Shown here piece by piece: positions 1-11,866 of a stretch of DNA of 64,000 nt. Position 1 is the stretch's first letter, and every line of letters starts with the position of its first letter. The translations under genes were made by a program, and so were the position numbers. The notes beneath the pieces are model-generated. The model did no database searches. It was not told where the DNA came from and worked only from the letters and a program-made list of their open reading frames with translations. The DNA comes from Eutreptiella sp. 'Long Island Sound 2002' (lineage: Eukaryota > Protista > Euglenida): positions 67,456,001-67,520,000 of the forward strand of contig OZ038379.1 of assembly GCA_964036045.1 (NCBI GenBank), in the 5' to 3' direction.

Positions 1-3000
1 AAAATTTTATTGGTGCCACGGCCGAATGCCGGCAGCGGTCCTCCTTAGGGACCAACTGTGGCTGCGGTGGCGCCTAGGCATCAGGGTGGCTCCCCAAGTG
101 GGGAGTATTTTCCATTAGACCGTGCGGGACAATACGGCCAAGCGGTGGATTGACGTCACTGTTCGGAGGACAACCGAGTTGGATGCCAGGAATCATCGTC
201 AGTATCGGGTGGCCGGCAAAAGTTTGGATGCGGCAGGATGCACCGGCGAGCCGCTCCTGTTTGTTCATAGCCAAAAACCGGGTTTTTTGTGCATTTTGCA
301 CTGATGCATGGCCTTCGGAAGGCTTCTCATGGCCTTCTTGGAGGCCCAAGTGGGAAAACAACCCCCTTGAGGTTGTAGAGGAGGTACAAAAAATTCTGTA
401 CCGCAACTGGTGTGGGGTGTGGTTGGGGGCACACAACACACTGGACGAGGAGGGGGCCCACAATTCGTTCTCGGCCTGGAGGTAGATAGGGCCCTCGCTT
501 GCATACATCGAGGTGGACCCCACCTGGCAACCGGTTGTGGGGCTGCGAACATTGCTGCGCACTTTGTACTCTTCAATTCCGGTTGTGCCACGCCCTTCCT
601 GCCGACTTGTTGCTGCTGTGTTTCGGATACATGGCTGCGGGGAGTCGGGGTCGCACTATGCTTTGTTTCTTGAAGAGGATTGTGATACAATGCTTAAGAG
701 TGCGCATGCATGCGGGATGGGATTGGTTGCCGCGTTAGGGGACCTTGTGGAGAGCACGAATTACACTTTGAGGAAGGGATACAATGGGCATAGTTCTAGG
801 GGTCGGGTTGCGGGTCAGAGTGTAGTGGAACGGGAACCAACGGTCGTTCAGCGCGTTTGGGATGGGTGGTTTCACACACCGCGGTGTGCACCGCCGCTTC
901 ACTTCTAAGCACCACCCGCCAAGCACCCTCCACCCAAGAGCCCTCTGCGACCCAATTTTATTACTCTTCGCCCATGCATAGACGCCACCGAGCTGAGGAG
1001 GCTGTTGGAGGATAGTCAAAAGGCGACCCTCGCCCTACTGGTAGGCTGTCTGTCTGCATTTGTTCCAGTTCATATAGCGTTCATATTTCGGCGTTTCTAA
1101 AACGGAAACTGCCGTTATAAATGATTTATGAACCCATTTATGAACTAATGAATTCTGAACCGGTTTCATGAACGATTGATGAACAGCTTCCCCGAGGTGC
1201 ATAGGAGCAGCGGTTGGCAGCCCAAGCTGCAGCTCAAGCTCAAGCTGAAGCTCGAGCTCCACCCCCACCTCCACCTCAAGCTCCTCCTCCCCCTCAAGCC
1301 CACTCCTCCGGGCAACCCCCCGCCGCTCACCCCGCCTCCCCACCCGATGGCGACTCTTTGAGTGAGGAGTCGTCGCACTCATCGAGCAGGAGAGGAAGAA
1401 GAGGAAGGATAAGAAGAACGAGGAGAAGAGGAGGAAGAAGGAGAAGTAGAAGGAGGCTAAGAGGAAGAAGAAGTAGGCAGCAGGGGGAGGGGGGTGAAAG
1501 AGGAGGAACCCGGGGAAGACATTTGAGGAGGTGAAGGCCCAGACGGAGGAGCAGGCACTGGAGGACGCAAGGGTTGCGGGGGTTTTGGTTATCACCCCGT
1601 GGTTGGGGAGGGAGGCCGGCCATGCATGGGGCCTGAGCCACACCAACTAGCGCAATGTGCTAACCCTCCCCTGGGTGCAGCGAGCGCTGGACAATGGGTA
1701 CTCCCCCGATGGCCTCCTTTTTTCGGCGCCAGAAGTGGCATATGTCACCTTGTGCTGGGCATTTCGCCGCTTTTTGCGGCACTGCATCCCCAACAAGGGT
1801 GCCGGGGGGGGTGGGGGCGACGGCACATAGGGGGGGCATGAACATGGAAAGCCCTGCCGGGAAAACCTCTGTCCCCCATCCCGGAACCACATGATGCCAG
1901 GGATTTGACGCAAGCTAAAATTTTTACGGGCCTGCGTGGTGCCTTGATGCTGTGATGCGGGGTTCCCATTGGGAACTATGCTTCCTCCACTGGGAGGAAA
2001 AGGGGTGAAGTTGCAGCGCTAGGGGCGCAAGCCGGAGTACATCCCCCGGTGGGAATTCATTTTGGGGGGGGTGTATAACCCTGGGAAGGAGGCCTCGTGC
2101 AAGGGGGCCGTAAAGGGCCTCACCATAACGTGCCCCATCAAGCCCTTCGGCCGGGCAGCCCCGGCCACAAGAAGCACCACGGCCCCTACAGGCGCCCCCC
2201 ACGGCACCCCTCCCCTCGCAACTGCGCATTTCTAGACCTTGTGGGCGCCATGGGCACCGTCGGACCATAGCCGGATTTTGAGATATCTGCGTTCATAATT
2301 GGTTCATGATTGGTTCATAATTTGCTATGCATAATTCAGCGACGTTGCATTGCCCGTTTATGAACGATGAACGGGTTTTATGAACGCATAGTATGCACGG
2401 CACTGTCACAAATCATGGACGTGGAAGTGAACCCGGTGAACATCGCGGGGGTTCACATCCGCTACCGGCTGGGGACCGCCGAGTTCAGCATCTCCTTGTC
2501 CGCCCCATACCAGTTGCTCCTCCTCAACGTGCCACGAGGGTGCCTTATCCTTTCCGGGGTGCAGGAGTGGGAACGGTTCCGCCACCTAACAGACACTTGG
2601 GCGGCGAATATGCCGCATTGTGCTAGCCTGATGAGTTGGGCCGGTAGGGCTGTGCGGATGACGAGATCCTGCTGTCTAGTTGTGGGCGGAGTCCCCGCAC
2701 CGCCCGCAGCGCCTCCCCATCAAAGCCCTGCCCCCATTGACAAACCCAAACCCCTCGCCCTGCCCCCCCCACAAACCTACCACACCAAAAAAGCCCCCCA
2801 CGCACAAGTGCACATCATTCGAATCAAGTAGCAGCTCATCGTCAGACCAGGCACTCCCCAGTGGACAAGGGAAGGAGGTGAAGGAGAAGCAGCCGCAGCA
2901 ACAAAAGTGGCGCAAAACGCCCCCTCTTCGGAGGGGCATGAGTCACCTGACCCCTTGCTTGGTGAGCAGGTTTTTGTGCCCCACACAAAGGTGTCTACCC

Positions 3001-3863
3001 GGGGGTTGTAACCTTAGTTGTGGGGGGGGGGGGCGGGGGGGAGAGTGTGCGTGGAACACCCAGGGGAAAAGGTGATGTTTCAGGCTTAGGGGCATTGGTT
3101 GTATGCCTCTCATGCTTTAGCATTGACCCTTTGGGAGCAGCAGAAGGCTGCAGCTGCACCGGACAAGGCCGCCAAGGCCAAAAAGAAGCCTAATCCCAAA
3201 CCAAATGCTGACCCGCCGGCTGAGCCGAGCCCCAAGCCCGCACAGGCTGATCCCAACCGTGAGGCTAAGCAGGTCCCCCACCCCAGCCCTAAGCTGCCCC
3301 TAAGGTCGCCCCCATGGAGGTGGATGCGCCAGCGCAACCCTCAGCCAAAACCCCGGCCCAAACCCATGCCCAGGCCTAGGATGGGGGCGAAACCAAGGCC
3401 ACGGCTCCTCTTTGGGAGGACCCGACGAGCCCCAGCCGTGAGGTTTAGGTGGGCAAGAATAAGCAAGGACAAGGGACAAGGAAAGGTACTGAAGTGGAGA
3501 GAACAAACAGAAAATTGAGCAAGTTTTTGTCTGCTTGTGCATCTCTTCATAAAACACGTTCATAAAACGCGTTCATAAACCGAAAAAACCCGTTCATAAA
3601 ACGAGTTGTGAATTATCAATGGAGGTCTGAATGGAATTATGAATAGGGGAGGATGTTTTCACATTTTGCATGAACGGGTGAAAATGGCAATTTCTATAAA
3701 AAGACCACGGTCCACAAAAAAATACTCACCTCGCGGGTGTTGACCCAGCCCCCCAAGTTTTGAACAAAAATAGCCCATGGGTACGTTAGCAAGAGAAAAA
3801 TGCGTTCATATTTCATAAAACAATTTATGGTGAACAAAACTACTTTTCATACATGTACCAAGG
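1..3863 (+). mobile_element. Transib/RAG1-like DNA transposon copy A (5' part outside window); transposase exon 1-~1040, 3' exons, 3' TIR ending 3863
   Basis: Degenerate frame reads MPAAVLL(G)DQLWLR..LGI / GCTGEPLL..(I)LH..MAFG / CDTML..GMGLVAALGDLVESTNYTLRKGYNGHSSRG. It is colinear with B (inverted) and with C. The 3' end TGAACAAAACTACTTTTCATACATGTACCAAGG is the reverse complement of the 5' TIR of C. Confidence 0.75.
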
Positions 3864-4378
3864 CCAACCCATGTTCACAAAGGAGATGGTCATCTGGGTC
3901 CAGGAACCGCCCGCCACAAGGCAGGCATCCTTCGGACAAGGAAAGTGAGGGGGAAACCCATGTCAATATGCCCGATCAACGCAGGCCGGCTGAACAAGTA
4001 CCGGCTCCACGAGTCCAGGGGCCACACCACCACTGTAGCGCGGAGACGGGTGGTGGATGTCGGCGGATCCAGCTGCGAGGGGGTAAGCAGCTCCTTCCAT
4101 TTTAGATCGACCTGCCGAAAGGCACTCTTGGGGGACCGCACGCCGAGCAGTAATTCCACCGTGGCCTCAAGGGTGAGAAGGCACGAGGCATATTTTGCCA
4201 CGGCATCCTTGCACGCCTCCTTGTGCACAAATGGACCAATGACATTTGCGGCCACCAAAAATTGGTGGTGGGCCCAAGGGGACGATGAGGCCCACTACCC
4301 CAACAGCTCCCCAACGCAATCATCCTGCAAACCGGCCCCACCACTGTGGGTGGTTAGGTCATTAATGGGAGAAGGCAT
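3864..4378 (-). pseudogene. Transib-like transposase exon 1, copy E (N-terminus to first catalytic Asp), cut off at the 3' TIR of copy A
   Basis: Minus strand reads MPSP..SGGAGLQDDCVGELLG*WASSSP..KDAVAKYASCLL..SPKSAFRQVD..WKELLTP..LTFLV/DACLVAGGSWTQMTISFVNMG. This aligns with exon 1 of C, D and F. Confidence 0.7.
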
Positions 4379-5089
4379 ACAAAAACAACCTGAGGTGAGT
4401 GGACACACGGTGTACTAACGGTGTTGTAACACGTTCGAACAAGGAGGTGGTCTAATCAAAAAGGGTGTCGCCCACAATTCCACGGCGACGTTGAAGAAGC
4501 AGGTGCAGGAGATGCAGGCGGAGAAGAAGGGGAAAAGAGAAAAACAGGCAGAGTGATTGTTCCCTACGTACCTGTTAGAAACGGAACGGTGGTCTCTTAG
4601 AACGTCGTTCTCATTAGAGCAATTAGAGGCCTCATGGGGGGAGATGGTGTGGCAAGGGAGGAGGCGGACGAGGGACTTGGGGTTGGGGCTCGGCAAGGCA
4701 GTGTGGGTTGGGGGTTGCTAGACCGGCTGTACGAGTAGTTGGTGGGTTTGCAATTGGTGTGATGAAAGTGGAGGCACTGTGCTAGCGGCCTTCTCGTCAT
4801 TTGTTCGAGCAACGTTCTAGTGAAGTTCTAGTGACCGATTGCATTCGCCAGATCAACTCTAAAACGCTTCCCTAGATGATCGCTAGAGCGCACGGCAAAA
4901 TACGTCCTGCAGTAGCTTGTTCAATAGATCGGGACTCACATGGCGAAGAGCTATTTGTCCAAGGGAAGCCTGCATATGGCCCTGGCACCTCCTCACCTCC
5001 AGAGCATCCTTAGCCAAGCATGGAATTCGCGCCGCCCCCCATGGACAACCCGAGACACATCAAAGTAGGTAAAAAGCCAAATCATATAT

Positions 5090-5289
5090 TGTGCTTGCAC
5101 AATGGCCTCCCTTTGGATGGCCAACGATTCACGCCGTGACACCACTTCCACTCCATGTCCTTGGATTCCAGCCCTCCCCCATTGCTGTGCTCATTGTGCC
5201 CATGTTTAAGAAAGAGGTTGATGTTCTCCGAAGGTCCCCATAAAACATTGCCAACCCAAATGGCCAAATGTTTTGCAACATGGTATCTA
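5090..5289 (-). pseudogene. Transib-like transposase C-terminal (catalytic Glu) fragment, copy G, abutting the 3' TIR of copy B
   Basis: Minus strand reads VDTMLQNIWPFGLAMFYGDL/SENINLFLKHGHNEHSNGGG (one frameshift). Copy A reads CDTMLKSAHACGMGLVAALGDLVESTNYTLRKGYNGHSSRG. The left boundary is approximate. Confidence 0.7.
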
Positions 5290-8200
5290 CATCCCTTGGT
5301 ACCTGTATGAAAGGTAGTTTTGTTCATCATAAATGGTTTTGATGAAATGTGAACGAGTTTTGCTCTTGCTAGGGTACCCATGGGCCATTTTTGTTCAAAA
5401 CTTGGGGGGTTGGGTCAACACCCGCGAGGTGAGTTTTTTTTTTTGTAGACTGGGGTTTTTTCGGGAGAAATTGTTATTTTCGCCAATTTTTGCAAATTAT
5501 GAAAACATCCTTCCGTGTTCATAATTCGGTTCGTAATTAGTTCATATCTCAGAACGCTTTTGTGAACGCGCCAATCGTTTTATGAACGCGTTTTACGAAC
5601 ACATGCACAAGCACACAAAAATCGCTCAATTTTCAATATTTCCTTTACATTGCACTGCTTTTCTTTGTCACTTGTCCTTGCTTGTTCTTGCCGCCCTAAA
5701 CCTCAGGGCTGGGGGCTATCGGGTCCTCCCAAGGGGGGGCGTGGGCTGGGTTTCGCCCCCATCCAAGGCCTTGTCATGGGTTTGGGCAGGTGGTTGGGCT
5801 GCCGGTTTGGCATGGGGGTGCGCTGGGGCATCCACCTCCATGGCTACGGCTTCAGCGGCAGCTTTGGGCTTGGGCTAAGGGACCTGCTTAGCCTCAGGGT
5901 TGGGATAAGGCTTAGCTGGCTTGGGGGCCGGCTTAGCCGGCGGGTCAGCGTCCAGTTTGGGGTTAGGCTTCCTTTTGGCCTTGGCGCCGTTCTTACCTGC
6001 AGCTGCAGCCTTCTGCTGCTCCCAATGGGTCACCGGTGCAGCCTGAGAGGCATACAACACATGCATGTCAACCTGAAATATCACGTTTTCCCCTCGTTGT
6101 TCCACCCACACTCCCCCCCTCCCCCCCCCCCCCCCACAACCGAGGTTACAACCCCCGGGTAGACACCATCCGTGTAGGGCACATACACCTGTCCACCAAG
6201 CAGGGGGTCAGGTGACTCATCCCCCTCCAAAGAGGGGGGTTTGTCGCGCCACTTTTGTTGTTGCGGCTGCTTCCCCTTCTCCCCCTTCCCATGTCCACGG
6301 GTGTGCCTGCTCCGACGATGAGGTGCTGCCCGATTCGAAGGAGTTGCGCTTAGGAGGGGGGCCCTTTTTGGGTTGCGTGGGTTGGGGGGGGGGAGGGCAG
6401 GGGGTTTAGTTTTCTCGGCGTGGGGGGGCTTTGCTGGGGAGGTGCTGCGGGGGCTGCGGGGGGTGGGGGGACTCAACCCACAACTGGACAGCAGGATCTC
6501 CTCGTCAGCCCACCCCTCCCACCCGAACTCCCCCAGGCTCACCCAGCAGTGCGTATTTGCCGCCCACGTGTGCCCTAGGCGGCGGGAGCCCTCCCACTCC
6601 CGCAGCCCGGACAAGATGGCGCACCCCCGTTGGCGTTCAGGAGCAGGAGCTGGTACAGCGCGGACAGGGCGATGATGAATCTGGCGGAGCCCCACCGGTA
6701 CCATATGCGGACCCCCGCGACGTTTGACGGGTTTTTCTTCCACGTCCACGACCTGTGACAGTGCCCTTCATAAAATGCGTTCATAAAACGCGTTAATGGT
6801 TCACAAACGAGCAGTGCACGGTCGCTGAATTATGAACGTCAAATTATGAACAAATTATGACCGCCAATACCTCAAATTCCGGCTCCGGTCGGACGGTGCC
6901 CCAAGCCCTAGGGCCGCGAATGCGCAGCTGCGCTGGGAGGGGTGCCAGGGGGGGCCCCCGTGGGGGCCGTGGTGCTGATGGTGGCCGGGGCTGCGCGGCC
7001 AAGGGGTTTGATGGGGCGGGTGACGATGAGGCCCTTTACGGCCCCATCGTACGAGGCCTCCTGCCCCGGGTCATACACCCTCCCCAAAACGGATTCCCAC
7101 TAGGGGATGTACTCCAATTTGCGCCCGGAGCGCTGCAGCTTCACCAACCCACTTTCCTCCCAGTGGAGGAACAACAGCTCCCATTGGGAGCCCCGCATCA
7201 AGGCCCCCCATAGCCCCGTAAGAAATTTGGAGTGTGTCAATTCCTGAGCCCCAATTGGTTCGGGGATGGGGGACAGGGGCTTGTCCGGCAGGCCCTTCCA
7301 TGCCCATGCCCCCCCCCCCCCGTGTACCGCTAGCCCCCCCCCCTCACCCTTGTTGGGAACGGGGTGCCGCAAAAGATGGCACAATGCCCAACGCAGGGTG
7401 ATGTAAATCACCTCACGGCCCAAAAAAAGGGGGTCGTTGGTGAAGTACCCGCTGTGCAGCGCTCCTTGCACCCCGGGCAGGGTCGGCACGCTGCGCTGGT
7501 TGGCGTGGCGTGCCCCATGCATAGCCGGCATCCCCCCTCAACCACAGGGTCACAACCAAACCCCCCCCCCCCCCTGCGTCCCCCTCCATTGCCATGTCGT
7601 GGATGTGGGCCTTCACCTCCTCGATGTCGGTGGCGGCCTCCTCCTCCTTCACCCCCCTCCCCCTCGTTGTCTCCTTCTTCTTCCTCTTTTCCTCCTTCTT
7701 CTTCTCATTCTTCCTCTTCTTCTCCTCCTTCTTCTTCTCGTCCTTCCTCCTCTTCCTCTCCTGCTCCAAGGAGTTTTTTGACTCCTCACTTCAGGACTCG
7801 GCGGCAGGTCGGGAGGCGGGGTGAGCGGCGGGGTGGTCGGGGGTGGGCTTGAGGAGGCGGAGGAGCTTGAGGTGGAGGTGGAGGAGGAGGTGGAGCTTGA
7901 GGCTGCGCTGGCGCTGGAGCTTGGGCTGCCAGCCGCTAATCTTGTGGACATTGGGGACACTGTTCATAAATCGTTCATGAAGGCGTTCATAATTCATCAC
8001 TTCAGAAATCGGTTCATAATTCATTTATGACGGCAATTTCGGTTTTATGAACACCGAATTATGAACGCAATATCAACGCGAACAACAGCACAAAGAGAGC
8101 ATACCACCATGGCCAGGGTCGCCTTCTGGTTCTCCTCCAGCAGCCTCCTCAGCTCGGCGGCGTCCATGGATGGGCGAAGAGTAATAAAGCTGGGTCGCAG

Positions 8201-8670
8201 AGGGCTCGTCGGTGGAGGGTGCTTGGGGGTGGTGCCTAGAAGTGAAGCGGCGGTGCACGCCGCGGTGTGTGGGGTGTTATAGTGGAACAATGGCAGGTCA
8301 AAGGTTAGAAACCACCATTCCCAAACCTGCTTGAGGCCATTGCCGGAGGACCATTGCTTCCCATTCCACTGCACTCTTACCCGCACCCCCACCGCTGGAA
8401 CTAAACCCATTGTATCCCTTCTTCAAAATGTAATTTGTGCTCTCCACAACGTCCCCGGACACAGCAGCCGATCCCACCCCACATGCATCCGCTCTCTCGA
8501 GCATGGCATCACAGTCCTCTTCGAGTAACAACAAAAACTGCGACCGAGACTCCCCGCAACAGTGTTCCCGAAACGCAGCCGCAACAGGTCGGCAGGAAGG
8601 GCGTGGCACAACCGGAAGCGCCGAGTACAATATGCGTTGCAATGTTAGCAGCCCCACAACCGCTTGTCTC
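5290..8670 (-). mobile_element. Transib/RAG1-like transposon copy B (3' half with 3' TIR 5290-5327), inverted relative to copy A
   Basis: ORF pairs match A in reverse: 8298-8687 vs 513-908, 7649-7960 vs 1214-1534, 6857-7213 vs 1924-2268, 6081-6749 vs 2367-2831, 5875-6111 vs 3099-3518. TIR is CATCCCTTGGTACCTGTATGAAAGGTAGTTTTGTTCAT. Confidence 0.8.
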
Positions 8671-9444
8671 GGCCTCCCCCGCACCACCTTCCAGGGGGTC
8701 CTGCTGCTCTGCAGCTACTCAAGCCATGGCACTAGGCATCCCCCCGAAAGGCGGGAAAGGCGGCATGTGGCCGGTCTCAGCGAGGGTGTCGGCAATTTGG
8801 GACGCTCCGTTCACCGGTCCATTATCGGTCTCCATGGCCTCCATGTAGTGCTTGGGTATGACGGGCTTGGCAAGACAGCGTTTTCCAAATTCCTTGATTT
8901 TCATGTGATGCAGGTTAGCGAACACGTCAGGGTCCTGTGTCCATTCAAGACAGTTGAGCCCTGTTTCCGGGTAGGGCTTGTCGAGATCCTTCCTCACTGG
9001 ACACCTCCATATGCGGCGTAGCCTACACCGTTTTGTGCGTCTTGGCAGTCCCGGACTCTCCGCGGGCGCTTTGGGCCTCGCAGCGTCTGTGCTTAGCGGC
9101 CCAAGGCCGCTGTCGTGCTGTGTGGACAGTGTCGCTCCAGTGGTGTGTCACGCGCGCACACACCCCTTGGGTTGCTGGTGCAGTTGCTGCACGGCACCGT
9201 TGATAATGACCATGATGGCGAGGACCTCAAGGGGCAGCGTTGTGTGGCTCAATGCGGCACTGTAACGTGGATGCTCAGCCGGATGCTGCGAGTGCTGAGT
9301 CGGGGTTGAGCCCACGGCGCTCCTCCGCGCCCCGTACTTGTCTCTTAACACACCCATGACCGTGGCCGCCGTTGCCAGCAGGGCCCACGTTTGTGCCATT
9401 TGCTGCAGGCGGCACCTTGGCTAACATGCCCCATCATTTGCCAT

Positions 9445-9625
9445 GACCACCTGTGGTGAGGCGCAGGCAGGTTGGAAATACACCAAGCCAGGAGTGGGAG
9501 AAGGCACGTGGGTAGCATCGTACCTCAGGCAAAGTTGTCATTGTCACTGTCACTGTTGCCGTCATTTTTACTACTACGACCCATGTCCCCCCCATCCTCG
9601 GCAAAACAAAAATTGCTATGCGCAC
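9445..9625. repeat. Dispersed ~180-bp repeat R, inverted copy of ~25545-25725
   Basis: GTTGGAAATACACCAAGCCAGGAGTGGGAGAAGGCACGTGGGTAGCATCGTACCTCAGGCAAAG... matches the reverse complement of ...CTTTGCCTGAGGTACGATGCTACCACCTGCCTTCTCCCACTCCCAGCTTGATGTATTTCTAAC. Confidence 0.85.
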
Positions 9626-11261
9626 CGCACCTTGTGGCTGCACTACGACTCAATATATGCACGGAAGGAGCCACATGTGGTTCAATCTTTGCAACCGCAT
9701 GTTGTTCTCTTATTAGACAAGGGAGAGCATCTTAAGGGTGGCAAAAAGATGAGCCCTTGTGGCCCATACACAACATCATGGCATTATTTCTTGACAACGT
9801 TTCCGGAATTTCAAACCACAAGGTGTACCAAGGGGTTCTCTTTGAAAAGCAACAAATTCCCTCTGCCAAAATCATGGCGCTATCCGTCAAAATGTTACAT
9901 TGCAGACCTTCATGGTGGCTGCCAATGTATTGTGCCGGACGATCTTTGCACGCTTGTTACAGCGTTTGTTTCAATTGGCGGAAACTGTTACGTACGGTAT
10001 ATCAATGCACACATAGACCCACACTCTAAAGTGCACCCTCATAGGTGCCAAAGTGGAAGTGGATGTGTTTTGTGTGTTTGGGACCTGTGGCACAAAGCAT
10101 GTAATGCGGAGTTGGGTAGACGCCAACATCGACATTAAAAGACGGCTAAAAACCAAGATTGGTTCCACCACCTCAGTGACCCTAACCCAAATACTGGTTC
10201 CAGTGTACCACCACTTGAGGGGGAGCATGGTGTAGACTCATTTCAAGGCCCTGATTGGTTTGAACATGCGGCGTGTGCCGAAAGCTAAGCTAATGCATAT
10301 CCCCATTGTTGATGGGCACGTTGAGCACCAACTAGTGGCACATGGTAGCAATAGCATCAACAGTAGCAGAAGCAGCAAAGTAGTATCAGTAGCAACAGCA
10401 ATAGTAGTAGCAACAGCGGTAGCGGTGACAATAGTAGTGAGGGCTCTTTGCCGCCGAGTCATAAAATGGTGGACAAGATGTATATGTTGGCTCTACACAA
10501 ACTGCCAAAGATTATGATCGGTCTAAGATACACGCTTTGAAAATGACGAAATTGCTTGGAAAAATGCCCCGAAGTTTTGCTCGGGACAGCAACTCAAAAA
10601 GCACAACCAATATCCGTAGCAGTGTCCCAAGCCTTTTCTGGCCAAAATGCCTTGGGGCGTTTTGAAGAATTTTTCTATGCTACTTTGCTTGCTGTTTTTG
10701 TATTTCACCCTGCGACTTCACTGGGATTTGGTGGGCATACATGGGTGTAATTTTGGAAAATCCCAAGCAATCTTGGTATCATTTCGTATCCATTTATTAC
10801 TCTGTGTGTTGTGTGTCTTAGCGGCGTGACCCGCCACCCTGCGTTGTTGCTCCCTACCCAACTAGACTTTCACATACCAGTATGCCCCCCAAATCCGCAT
10901 TGATTTGGCCACCTGGCAAGACTATTGGTGGCGTGCGCAACCCCAAACCCATCCTTTGCAACACGGAGCCATAGCTCCTGTCACTCCTAATTGCTGAGAC
11001 CGTGCGCCGCACACCCGCACACCGAGCGACTATGGGTCTTTTGTTGAACCGCCGGGCATCGGCATACGTAGCGACCATTCCCGGATCCACACACACTACA
11101 CAACTGCCCACCTTCTTGACGTTGTCCCCCCCACATCAGCCTGAACTTCGCCTATCCCAAACCCGAACATGCCACTTTCAGCAATGGCCAGCTAGTACAA
11201 GGACTCAACCAAGAGGAAGTTGTTCCTATTCAACGCCCGCCAATGGGGGGAAGAGCACCTT

Positions 11262-11750
11262 TTAGGCCACGCTAACTACCCGCCCCTTACGACCCAAACA
11301 TATGCACTTTGTCGCCTTTTCTGTGTCTTGTTTTTGTGTCTATGTTGTCCATGTGTCGCTTGTATTGTAATAGGTGCCGAAGAATAATTATACATTTATT
11401 GCGTGTCCTATGGATACACACTTTGAAACTCAAATTCACTGTCTCTATTTGCCAATTTGCCCAGACCTGGGCGAAATTTCCCCCAAGCCCCCCCAGATAG
11501 CAAAAAAGGTATACATATTTTGATGTCTTGATGGCCCTGGGCGACTTTCCCCCTACTCCGCCTCTTCTGCAAAATGTATAGGTCAAAAACACCGATCAGT
11601 GATCCTGGGCGAAATTTCTTCCAGCCCCCCCCCCCCCCCCTGTTGTTTCTTTGCTTGTCCTGTGCCTGATATGTTACCCTTTCCCTCACTGTCACTTAGG
11701 CCGACCACTGGATAAAGTTGAACCTGGGCGAAATTCGTTCCAGCTTGCTT
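11262..11750 (+). mobile_element. Non-autonomous TIR element fragment, TTAGGCC family
   Basis: Begins TTAGGCCACGCTAACTACCCGCCCCTTACGACCCAAACA, as at 36799 and 39540. It carries four subterminal CCTGGGCGA(A/C)(A/T)TT motifs that also occur at ~39940 and ~40010. The right end is not defined. Confidence 0.7.
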
Positions 11751-11866
11751 TTACACCCTTGTACTTATGGGGTGGTACCTCTGTTGGGTTCTGTTCACTG
11801 ACTCTTAGGGATGCTTCTGCCAATGTGGCTGTGGGGCATTATTGATGTGCGCTTTGTTCAAGCAGC

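Noticed and set aside
8670-9445. Insert interrupting copy B as a non-LTR retrotransposon fragment
   Set aside because: There is only a vague linker-like resemblance (NGASQIADTLAET). No endonuclease or RT motif, poly(A) or TSD was seen.
9443-10138. 231-aa ORF with GGNCYVRYINAH resembling a SET-domain RxINH motif
   Set aside because: Only one short imperfect motif. No other SET signature, and the ORF starts inside repeat R.
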